In this document: positions 17,632 through 26,517 of the stretch, one piece after another
How the letters are laid out: each line of letters begins with the position of its first letter
How positions within the stretch are numbered: position 1 is the first letter of the stretch
Assembly (NCBI GenBank): GCA_046757525.1
Contig: JBHHYI010000020.1
Location: forward strand, 1-36,983
Reading direction: 5' to 3'
Length of the DNA: 36,983 nt
From: a bacterium
GTDB taxonomy: Bacteria; Zhuqueibacterota; Zhuqueibacteria; Oceanimicrobiales; Oceanimicrobiaceae
Position numbers and translations under genes: made by a program
The notes under the pieces: generated by a model
Told to the model about the DNA's origin: nothing
What the model saw: the letters and a program-made list of their open reading frames with translations, nothing else
Databases searched by the model: none

Positions 17632-18882
17632 TTGATTATGCAGCGTTTTGGAAAAACAGCCCAGGGAATTAGTCGTTTAGTGGTCGTACTGATAATCAGT
17701 ACAATAGCGCACCATTCGCTTGTTGCTCAAGAAGGGGGGGGATCGGCCGGTGCGTTTTTGAAGTCAGGCGTCGGGACGCGCGTGTTGAGCCTGGGAAAAG
17801 CCTTTGTGGGAGTGGCCCGTGGACCCGCAGCAACCTATTGGAATCCCGCAGGTCTGTCACAGAGTCAATACGCTCAGTTCGAGTTTATGTTTGTGAATTT
17901 GCCCTTCGACCGGGCTTACAATTTTGCCAGCGGCGTGTTCCCGCTGAAAGGCATTGCCACCTTCGGGGTGAGCTGGATTGGATCCAGAATAAGCCGTTTG
18001 GAGGGTAGAAGCGGCAACACGGCGGAGCCGGATTTCACCTTCGGGAATTCTGAAAACGCTTTTTACCTCTCGCTTGCCAGATCGGTAAATTCAACGCTTT
18101 CGGTTGGGGGCAACATCAAATTCATCCGCAGCAGCTTGCACAATTTGAGTGGCACGGGCTTTGGACTCGACGGCGCGGTATTTTTTCGACCCAACAGCCG
18201 CGTCTCCTTTGGTTTCACTTTACAGGATCTGGGCACAAAAATCAGGTGGGACAAAGATTTTACCGAGAGCGTTCCTTTGACCATGAGATTGGGAACGGCC
18301 TGGCGGTTGTTCGACCATTTTCTGCTTGTGGCCGATGTCGAGAAGACCTCGAGGTTCGCGACTAAATTCCACATGGGTTGGGAATGGCACCTTACCGACA
18401 CGTTTCCGGTCAGAATGGGGGTAGACGACTCTCAGTTCACAGGCGGTTTAGGGATTGAATTGCCCTTAGGGGACCATGCTTTTACCGTTAACTACGGGTT
18501 CTCTAACGACAAACTGGCCAACACCACGGTGCACAAGTTCTCCCTGGTCGTGTCTCTCGGCAAGTACCCGGCGCGGTCGATCATCGATTTGAATGCGCAA
18601 ACCGAGCCTTTGGAGATTGACCAGGCTGTTGCTGAGCCTGTCGACAGCGGGGCGAATTCTGCAACTGAGGGGACGCGGTTTGTTCTGGTCACGGCCCGCG
18701 TTCTCAACGTGCGCTCCGGTCCTGGCCAGAACTACCAGACCCTGACCCAAATCAGCAAAGGACAAAAGTTCCAGGCCTTTGAGACAGCAGGGAAGTGGCA
18801 GAAAATAAACTTGCCAGACGGCGAGACCGGTTGGGTTTCCACAAGCTTTGTTCAGTTGGTTGAGACCATGCCAGCAAATTGA
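17632..18882 (+). CDS. PorV/PorQ-family (FadL-like) outer-membrane barrel with C-terminal SH3b domain
   Basis: GAFLKSGVGTRVLSLGKAFV...ATYWNPAGL and GFGLDGAV...QDLG motifs. Tail VLNVRSGPGQNY...KW.KI.LPDGETGWVS is SH3b-type. Confidence 0.85.
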   Translation: MIMQRFGKTAQGISRLVVVLIISTIAHHSLVAQEGGGSAGAFLKSGVGTRVLSLGKAFVGVARGPAATYWNPAGLSQSQYAQFEFMFVNLPFDRAYNFASGVFPLKGIATFGVSWIGSRISRLEGRSGNTAEPDFTFGNSENAFYLSLARSVNSTLSVGGNIKFIRSSLHNLSGTGFGLDGAVFFRPNSRVSFGFTLQDLGTKIRWDKDFTESVPLTMRLGTAWRLFDHFLLVADVEKTSRFATKFHMGWEWHLTDTFPVRMGVDDSQFTGGLGIELPLGDHAFTVNYGFSNDKLANTTVHKFSLVVSLGKYPARSIIDLNAQTEPLEIDQAVAEPVDSGANSATEGTRFVLVTARVLNVRSGPGQNYQTLTQISKGQKFQAFETAGKWQKINLPDGETGWVSTSFVQLVETMPAN

Positions 18883-18910
18883 CCGCCAGGCTGGCCTGCA
18901 CCAAATGGGG

Positions 18911-19654
18911 TCAGCCATCCTTTGCAATGAGGTCCGGTCGGTCGGTCAGCAGGATTTCTACGCCGCAAGCTCGGCAACGTTCCACGGCCTTCTCCGAGTT
19001 CACCAAATATCCCACAAACGTCTTGTTGCGCCTCTGAATGGAAGCAACCTGCCTTTTGGAAAAAACCGGCAAATTGAAATGGTAGGCGGGCAAAGATAAT
19101 ATCCGATTCCTGGGTTCGAACCATCGGCCCATTTTGAGAACGCTGGCCCAGCCCCAGAGGTACGTGCGATTCATCCTGGGGAAGTAGTGGCACCCAGGAA
19201 ACAGGGTTCTGACATAGGCGTCAGCCGTTGGGCTCCAGGTTAAGAACCAAATGCGGTCGTGGAACTGTAAAGTAGACAAGAGTTGCGAGAGCTTCTCAAA
19301 CAAAGCTTTTTCAGAGGTTTTACAGTCGAAAATGTAATCTTTGCCTGGATAAGCCCGCAGAAGCATTTCCAAGGGGATCATGGTGTCCCTGCCAAGCCTA
19401 TCGGGTGAGGCGATTTCGATTCTGGAGATTTCCTCAACGGTCAGCTTGCTGACGCTCTTGTCCGGGTGGCCGAGTCGCGTGAGGGTATCGTCATGCGACA
19501 GCACGATTTGCCCGTCTTTAGAGAGCCGGAGGTCGGTTTCAAAGCCTGTGGCTCCAGCTTTGTCAGCGTTGTTGAAGGCTAACAGCGTATTTTCTGGCCA
19601 AATGGTGGAAGAACCGCGGTGGGCGAATATTTTCATCTTGACTTTAGGCTCCAT
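18911..19654 (-). CDS. Glycerophosphodiester phosphodiesterase (GDPD/UgpQ family)
   Basis: Motifs FAHRGSS..PENTLLAF, GFETDLRLSKDG..VLSHD and ILLTDRP. Confidence 0.92.
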   Translation of the reverse strand: MEPKVKMKIFAHRGSSTIWPENTLLAFNNADKAGATGFETDLRLSKDGQIVLSHDDTLTRLGHPDKSVSKLTVEEISRIEIASPDRLGRDTMIPLEMLLRAYPGKDYIFDCKTSEKALFEKLSQLLSTLQFHDRIWFLTWSPTADAYVRTLFPGCHYFPRMNRTYLWGWASVLKMGRWFEPRNRILSLPAYHFNLPVFSKRQVASIQRRNKTFVGYLVNSEKAVERCRACGVEILLTDRPDLIAKDG

Positions 19655-19772
19655 GTCATCGTGAGAAGGTAGAAACGGATTAGGAACAATTCAAGCTGCC
19701 AACACCTATTTTTAGCAGCGCAAGGAAATTGAACACTGAACTTCAAAATTTGCAATCACTTTGCCCCAATGG

Positions 19773-20102
19773 TTAGGCGGGAAGGGGGTTGCACGCGTGG
19801 CGCACCGAAGCGCTGTCAGCCCCACGCGGAGAGCCCCCAGTAGCATCGTCAACCCTGGTCCTCTGAAGCCTTCTGGCTCTCTCGGGCATCATGCGTCGCA
19901 TCAACACCACATTTAACACGCGCATCGTGAATCCTGACGGAATGTAATAGGCGTGAAGCTGCAACAGCGTGCCTGTGCCTGTGCTTGAGAATCCAGCAGA
20001 ACCACCAATAATGGCGCTGCTTTTATCTACTGCGAATTTTTCTTGAACGAATAATTGCGCGGCTGACAAAATTAATACAAGCAGCAGAGTTAGCTTTCCC
20101 AT
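19773..20102 (-). pseudogene. Truncated outer-membrane beta-barrel gene fused to unrelated sequence
   Basis: RBS AGGAG, signal peptide and KSSAIIGGSAGFSSTG (first barrel strand). After a gtgcct tandem repeat near 19970-19984 the sequence no longer looks like a barrel. Confidence 0.5.
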
Positions 20103-20174
20103 TATACTTCTCCTTGGTTCTTGGGAATTGTCCGATTAATTGAGATCATAGGCATAGCCATTCATTCGCTATCT

Positions 20175-22767
20175 CTAATCTATTTGTTCCAGTACAATGG
20201 CTAATTTAAGAATCCTGGTTTTACCAAGATCAGGCATCTCAATGTGGGCCAGATAAAGGCCGCTGGCTACGAGACGATTGCTTTCGTTCCTCAAATTCCA
20301 TTTCACAAAGGGGCTTTCATCATTCTTAGTGATTTCTTTCACAAAGGTACCTGCGAGGTTGAAGATGCGAATGATCGCTCTGCGCGGCAGATGGCTGAAG
20401 GTGACAAAGCGCTGGAATCGGCTGGTCTCCAGACGATTAAGTCCTACATAGGGGTTCGGGAAGACATTGATTTTTTCAACATCCTCTTTGGCTAATTCGC
20501 GATCAAAGGAAGGAGCCAAGCTGGTAAAAAAGAAATCAGTGGAAATTGGTTTTGAGTTTACGACTTTTACTAATAGACCATCCACCAGGGGATAGTTGTC
20601 ATCCCCGCTGAAATTAGTTTGATTTTTGAAGGGAAGTTCGCCGGTGGTTTCGTCAGATAGATTCCAAAACGGCCGGCTTTGGGTGTCTTTTTGAATGCTG
20701 GCGCGATAAGTGTCGCCGGTAGTTTTTGAGGGGTCGATCACAATAGCAATGACCGTATTCTTGCCTCGCTCGACAGGTTCAACCAGCAGGGTATCGCCTA
20801 CCGCGTGTCCGAGTCGAACCCCTGGTTTCGGGGCATGTGGGATGGCGACCTGAACCTTCAGTGGTGTTTCCAGAGACGGCAGGGGGGGGTTCCCCGGATT
20901 AAAGTTGTATGCGGTTACGGCAAAATAGTATGGGCGACCATTAACTATTGGTCGATTTCGAACGTGGTCTTTTGTTACAATTAAAAAGCGTTTGAGACCA
21001 CTGTTGCGTCCAATTTGTACGGGACGTTTAAGTATAAGACCTGTCCCGGAGTCAAAAAAGGTTTCTAATATGGTGGTAACCTCATTCACCCGATCAAAGG
21101 TTGCGATCTTTACGGCCTCTTTTAAAGAAGCATTTTTCGAAGGTAGCTGGTAGATGTTGTAGCCTTCAAATTCATAGCCATCTTGAATTTTATCTTCTGT
21201 TTCGGGGATGCTTTCTGAATCTGTCCCCCAGTTAAGGATGATTTTTTGGTCTAATTCTGAAATTGTGATTTTGGGTGCTGCTGGAGGTTTGGGCAATTCA
21301 AAGAAATTATCATAAAGGTTTTGCACGGCGCGATCATGAAGTTTTAGCAAAGAGATGCTTGATAAATGATCGCCGCCCAAGGCAGCCACGAGAGCTATGA
21401 TGACTTCATGAGTGTCTCCCAGAGCCATGGTGAAAGGCCCTGAATTCAAAAAGAATTTGCGATCACCAGGCGGTAATGTTTGGCCATCAAGCCAGCCTGT
21501 TCCTGTTACAAGGTCTCCGTTAAAGGGAAACTTGGTAGGATTACCCCAGGGATCTACATAATATCTACCATCTTCGCATGCAATAGGCATGAATCCGTTT
21601 TGTTCGTCATATACTTTCCGCAACACATTAAAACAAGAAGGCGGTATGCCACCAAGATTTGGGTAAGATATAAAAGGATTTACTACAAAGGATGTCAGGG
21701 GTAAATTTTTATAACGATGTTTAACTTGAAAATCAAATCTTGCGGCATCAATAGGATTGTCTGTCTTTAATTTAGACCCTTGCAAAAAATCATACCCCAT
21801 AGCGGGCGGTTTTAAATTAAAACGACTGAATTGCTCATCTTGTGCGGTTGAATTGTAAACGTATCCGAGAGAAAGCACGGTGTCCACGCCCACTAGATCA
21901 TCTGCAGAAGTTCCCAAATCTGGATCTGACCATTGCGTAATAAACATACTGTCGATATGGGCGGTATCGGGTGTGGTAGCTGTGCCTTTGTAAATGAGCA
22001 GCACCCGTTTAAAAATGACATTTCCCAAAGCATCGCTTCGGTTATAAGCCCAGAGGGTCACTTGCATTTCTAACCCGATGGGAGGTAAACCATACAAAGC
22101 CGAAGTGGCGGCTAGGTCCAGATCGTTGGCCACGAACCACACCACCTGGTCAGCGCCGGCTATGCCCGGCTCCTCTCCGGGGTCCATCATGCCATTTCCG
22201 TTGGCGTCATCAAAGGGCGCACCTTTTTCCACAGGCCACTGCTTCCAGTCATTTTCATATTGTTGTCGCACAGCTTGAATTTGTTGTTCAGTCACTTCTT
22301 CTACCGGGATGTTGTTCAATTCGGCGGCATCCAGGGTGAGGTCAGCCGTTTGGTAATCCCTGCGGATGCGCCAGATGCGGACGTCCGGGGCATTGGGGTC
22401 TTCGGCTACGCCTTTGGAGATGATTCTTCCTGGCACGGTTCCAATATTGAAGGTTTGCCCCCCCCACTCGTATATGAGGTGATTGGCCATCTTTGATTCT
22501 TCCGCCCCAAATAATACCGTCGACAAAAATTACTGATGCCGTTCCGCGAGGGAAAAATGTTCCTGGTTGACCCGTAAACGGATTACGCCCCGACCAGCCA
22601 TCGGCTCGCACCCACATGGAGACGTTGTTAATGTTGACCAAAGTAGCCATGGGTTCGCCGGTAGGTTTGGTGAGTTGAAGATTCGAAGGCGCAGGCAGAT
22701 TTTTCTGGCTGAAACCTTGCGTGGTCATTAAAACCACACTGATTAGTGCAATTGCTTTTAGTTTCAT
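20175..22767 (-). pseudogene. T9SS-secreted protein split by a +1 frameshift at a G8 tract (863 aa if G7); paralogue of 22937..26308
   Basis: ORF 22342..22767 matches the paralogue N-terminus up to RVGG. ORF 20175..22526 resumes at GGQTFNIGTVPGR. The junction is C8 at 22458-22465 (+ strand). C-terminal VFPNPY...WNLRNESN..VASGLY...LKLAIV. Confidence 0.88.
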
Positions 22768-22780
22768 ATTCTCTAAAGCT

Positions 22781-22916
22781 TAGGGGTGTTCCAAAAGGCC
22801 ATTTTTCTGTCATTCCCGCGGAAGCGGGAATCTATAAGCTATTGTTTTTCTGGATTCCTGCTTTCGCAGGAATGACAAATCGGAGGCTCTTGTTCGACTT
22901 GTTGGACAGCCCCCTA
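22781..22916. mobile_element. MITE-like element with imperfect terminal inverted repeats enclosing a GTCATTCCCGC-type REP doublet
   Basis: Ends TAggggtgttccaaaag / cttgttggacagcccccTA. Internal tgtcattcccgcggaagcgggaatcta (22808-22834) and tggattcctgctttcgcaggaatgaca (22851-22877). Confidence 0.75.
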
Positions 22917-22936
22917 ATTCCCGTTTCTAATTCTAT

Positions 22937-25900
22937 TCAGCGCACCAGCAGCATTTTCTTCACCTGAGTAAATCTTTCCGTTTTGATTTTGTAGAAATAC
23001 AATCCCGAAGAAACCTGTTGTCCGGCTTTCGATTTGCCATCCCAGGGTACGGTATATTTCCCGGCCGGCTGCACTTTGTCCACCAGCCGCACCACCTCCT
23101 GGCCCAGGACATTGTAGATCGTGAGGGTCACCTGACTTCTTACCGGCAAGTGGTAGCGAATGGTAGTGGCTGGGTTGAAGGGATTGGGGTAATTCTGAAA
23201 CAGCTCGAAGGAGTCTGGGATTTGGGAATTGGGGTTTTCTTCAACTCCGGTGTAAACGGGCACAAATTCGTAGACATCCCGGTTCGTTGGCGGCTTTAAT
23301 GTGGTAATGCGCACGGTAGTTCCTGGCGGCGGAATCTGGCCGTCCTGGTCCAGGTCTACGAAAACCAGGCGCGCCAGGAGTTCATCGACAATGACGCTTT
23401 CGTCATTTATGGTACCGTCCATGGCATCCTGTTCGAAGGCTTGGTAGTCGCCGGTGTAGAAGTAAATCCAGTCGGTAGCTGGCAAGCCGAAGAAGCCATC
23501 CAAAGTACTCGGATTTATATCAAAAACAGCGGGGGTGCCTCCACCTGAGAAGTGCAAAGGGATGAGTCGGACATCATCGGTGGTATCCTCCGGTGTTGCA
23601 GTGCCAATATCCCACAATTCGAACGGCACAATGCCCGTACCACTGTTATCGAAGGCCCACCAGCCGTGGCCACCGTTTTCGGTAAATCTTAATTCTAAAT
23701 CGCGATCTCGCAAATTTTCAAGGTTCCGGCCTCGCGTAATCCGATCCAGACTCCCGTCCCCTCCGCCAGCACTGAGGGCGTAGCTGCCGTTAGAGTTGGG
23801 TTGATGCCAGATGGGCACGGCGGGATCGACCGGCTGCCCGGCAAAGGCCAGTTCGAGCAATTGGTCAAGCCCGGACTTAAAGACCAGGGTGCCCCGGGTG
23901 AGTTTAAAGCCGTCGGTTATGGGCATGTTGTGGCTGAATTCGTCGGGGAGTGGATGACTTTTTAGCAGCGTGTCGCCGATAGTTATGTCAATCAAGTTCA
24001 GGGTTCGGTCCTGCAATTGTCCGGAGGTGTCGTTAATGGTGATACGGTAGGCGTCTCCGGTTAAGGCTGAGGGCTCAAGGATGTAGAGGCCGAAGGTGCC
24101 CCGGGCCGGGCCCTGGAGGTGCTGAACCAACTGAGTTTCAGGTTCAAGTGGAAATGGCTGCACCATGAGCGTTTTCTTATGTTGCCAGAGATTGAAATTC
24201 TTATCGTAGAGCGTAATCTCAAATTCGATGAGATGCCCCGGGGGTGCGTCGGGGGCAATCTGAAATCTGGAAAAGGTTTCGGGATTTTCCAGATCAAAAG
24301 CCACGGTGACGGTGTCCTGGTCGGGCAGTACCTCCAAGGACTGGGCCGGGTCTTGCACTTCTACCCAGGGGTCTTCGGTGGAGATGAGAATCTTGAGAGA
24401 CTCGACGCTCTGGATGCCAGCATTACCCACCCGGGCCGATAAGAGGATGTTCTCCCCGGGATTAGTCTGGCCGTCGCTGTTGATGTTGTCAGAACTGAGG
24501 AGCAGGTTGACGGCTTCTACCGGTCCGAAAGTGGAAATCTGCTGCAGCAGACGCGGCCAGGCGAGGGTGTCATTTTCAGGTGAAATGGTCACCAAACCTA
24601 ACGAGAGACCCTCGGCCAAAGGCGCACTCGTCCAGACGTTTCCAAAGAGGCCGTCGCCAGCCAGGCTGTCCTGATGGGCGCCGTCGTCGAACAGGGGGAA
24701 TGTTGCCAGGGTTGTGCCCGCTGGATTCGTGAAAGTGGCCAGCACCGTAGAAGCGCCTTGGGCCTGGGCCTGGATGGAGAATTGGGTTTGCTGTTTGTCG
24801 GAATAATCCGGGGCAACCGACACCGTTGGGAATGTGGCCCTAAATAGGCTTTTAGCTAAAGTTTGGATTTGTCCGGTAGCCTTTTGCAGTTCCGCTACGC
24901 TGAGGATGTGGTCGCCGCCCGAAGCACCGATGAGACCGATAATCACTTCCTGAGTATCCCCCAGCGCCAAAGAAAAAGGGCCGGAGCTTAACAGGAAACG
25001 GCGATCACCCGGGGGAAGATGAATGCCATCAATATCTCCGGTACCGGTCACCGGATCGCCACAAATCGGGAATCTTGTGGGATTGCCTTGCCCGTCATGG
25101 AAAGGCTGTGGATTATCTGGATCGCTCCAGGGCAAAAAACCTCGCAAAAGATTATACATTGGTAAAGTGCCTGATTCAAAACTTCCGAGAACCGGATCTG
25201 AAATTGCGCTCCCCGAACCTTTATGCCAGAAAAAAAACAAACGCAGGTTAACGTAGCCGTTTCTTACGCCAAAATCAAATCGGGCCGTACTTTGTGGATT
25301 TTCACTTGCCACGATCGGGCCTTGCAGCAAGGCGTAACCGACGGCCGGTGGAATCAAGTTGAATTGAGCGAAGAGGGCATCAAAGGAACTCGAATTGTAA
25401 GCGAAACCGATTTGTAGCGTGCTGTCACATCCGGCGAAATCATCCGAGTAGGCGCCCAAATCTGGATCAGCCCATTGAGCAATGAACATACTGTCGATAT
25501 GAGCCGTATCCGGGGTTGCTTCTGTACCTTTGTAAATGAGCCGGACCCGTTTGAAAATGACATTTCCCAATATGTCGGGTCGGTTGTAACCCCAGAGGGT
25601 CACCTGCATTTCTAATCCGATGGGGGGCGAACCATACAAAGCCAAAGTGGCGGTTGAATCCAGGTCGTTGGCCGCGAACCAGACCACCTGGTCGGCGCCG
25701 GCGATGCCGGGTTCTTCTCCCGGGTCCCTGATGCCGTTTCCGTTGCTGTCATTAAAGGGCGCGCCTTTGCCCACGGGCCACTCGTTCCAGTCCTTCTCGT
25801 ATTGATCGCGTACGGCATGGATTTGCTCTTCGGTGACTTCCTCGATAGGGATGTTGTTTATTTCGGCGGCATCGCGGGTGAGATCGGCGGTTTGGTAGTC

Positions 25901-26308
25901 CCGCCGGATGCGCCAGATGCGGACATCAGGAGCGTTCGGGTCTTCAGCGATGCCTTTGGAGAGGATTCGGCCCGGCACCGTTCCAATAAGAAAAGTTTGA
26001 CCGCCCACCCGTACTTCTGGCGATTGCCCATCCCTGACCAGCCCTCCCCACAGGATGCCATCCTGAAAGATCACAGCAACGGTACCTCGGGGAAATAGGA
26101 TTCCTGAGCTTCCACTAAGCGGATTGCGCCCCGACCAGCCATCGGCCCGAATCCACATGGAAATATTGTTGATGTTCACCAGAGTCGCCATGGGTTCGTC
26201 GGTGGGTTTGGTGAGTGGAAGGCTGGAAGGTGCTGGTACTCGTTTCTGGGCAAAGTTTTGTGTGGTCGTTAAAAGCAAGCAGATTAGTGTAATTACGTTT
26301 AGTTTCAT
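22937..26308 (-). CDS. Large secreted protein: conserved N-terminal domain of unknown function, choice-of-anchor-X-like motif, T9SS type-A/FlgD-Ig sorting domain
   Basis: Start placed at MKLNVITLICLL by alignment with the paralogue MKLKAIALISVV (ORF track starts at 26329). DSNGNGIRDPGE Ca-type loop, LFDDGAHQDSLAGDGLFG and LFQNYPNPFNP...KKMLLVR. Confidence 0.88.
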   Translation of the reverse strand: MKLNVITLICLLLTTTQNFAQKRVPAPSSLPLTKPTDEPMATLVNINNISMWIRADGWSGRNPLSGSSGILFPRGTVAVIFQDGILWGGLVRDGQSPEVRVGGQTFLIGTVPGRILSKGIAEDPNAPDVRIWRIRRDYQTADLTRDAAEINNIPIEEVTEEQIHAVRDQYEKDWNEWPVGKGAPFNDSNGNGIRDPGEEPGIAGADQVVWFAANDLDSTATLALYGSPPIGLEMQVTLWGYNRPDILGNVIFKRVRLIYKGTEATPDTAHIDSMFIAQWADPDLGAYSDDFAGCDSTLQIGFAYNSSSFDALFAQFNLIPPAVGYALLQGPIVASENPQSTARFDFGVRNGYVNLRLFFFWHKGSGSAISDPVLGSFESGTLPMYNLLRGFLPWSDPDNPQPFHDGQGNPTRFPICGDPVTGTGDIDGIHLPPGDRRFLLSSGPFSLALGDTQEVIIGLIGASGGDHILSVAELQKATGQIQTLAKSLFRATFPTVSVAPDYSDKQQTQFSIQAQAQGASTVLATFTNPAGTTLATFPLFDDGAHQDSLAGDGLFGNVWTSAPLAEGLSLGLVTISPENDTLAWPRLLQQISTFGPVEAVNLLLSSDNINSDGQTNPGENILLSARVGNAGIQSVESLKILISTEDPWVEVQDPAQSLEVLPDQDTVTVAFDLENPETFSRFQIAPDAPPGHLIEFEITLYDKNFNLWQHKKTLMVQPFPLEPETQLVQHLQGPARGTFGLYILEPSALTGDAYRITINDTSGQLQDRTLNLIDITIGDTLLKSHPLPDEFSHNMPITDGFKLTRGTLVFKSGLDQLLELAFAGQPVDPAVPIWHQPNSNGSYALSAGGGDGSLDRITRGRNLENLRDRDLELRFTENGGHGWWAFDNSGTGIVPFELWDIGTATPEDTTDDVRLIPLHFSGGGTPAVFDINPSTLDGFFGLPATDWIYFYTGDYQAFEQDAMDGTINDESVIVDELLARLVFVDLDQDGQIPPPGTTVRITTLKPPTNRDVYEFVPVYTGVEENPNSQIPDSFELFQNYPNPFNPATTIRYHLPVRSQVTLTIYNVLGQEVVRLVDKVQPAGKYTVPWDGKSKAGQQVSSGLYFYKIKTERFTQVKKMLLVR

Positions 26309-26337
26309 TTTTCCCACCATCCTTTCCATTGTAGGTT

Positions 26338-26370
26338 AGAAACCGACTTTCTCTGAGAAAGTCGGTTTCT
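26338..26370. repeat. Perfect 16-bp inverted repeat (REP-like palindrome)
   Basis: agaaaccgactttctc-t-gagaaagtcggtttct. Confidence 0.85.
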
Positions 26371-26371
26371 T

Positions 26372-26432
26372 TGTGCTTTCAGAAAAAGGGAATCGGGCGG
26401 ACCAGCCATCCGCCCGATTCCATACGGAGAGA
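26372..26432 (-). pseudogene. Relic of a third paralogue's N-terminus
   Basis: Translates SVWNRADGWSARFPFSES, versus SMWIRADGWSGRNPLSGS and SMWVRADGWSGRNPFTGQ in the two downstream paralogues. Confidence 0.7.
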
Positions 26433-26517
26433 TAAGCGCGAAGCGGCCATGATTTGTGTCCTGAAACCGTGACCCCCGGGAACAGAACTGCAAGAAGAGT
26501 TGGGCGTCTGCTAAAGG

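Noticed and set aside
18627..18645. gttgctgagcctgtcgac in the PorV-SH3 linker resembling a REP arm
   Set aside because: Short single match without a partner arm, easily explained by the codons for VAEPVD.
22746..22967. 73-aa + strand ORF between the paralogues
   Set aside because: It is a translation of the MITE/REP sequence (VIPAEAGI…WIPAFAGMT), a typical spurious repeat peptide.
26110..26432. DGR template/variable repeat pair (relic versus paralogue 5' ends)
   Set aside because: Mismatches are not adenine-specific and many are at third codon positions. The match is at the 5' end of the gene and no reverse transcriptase is present.
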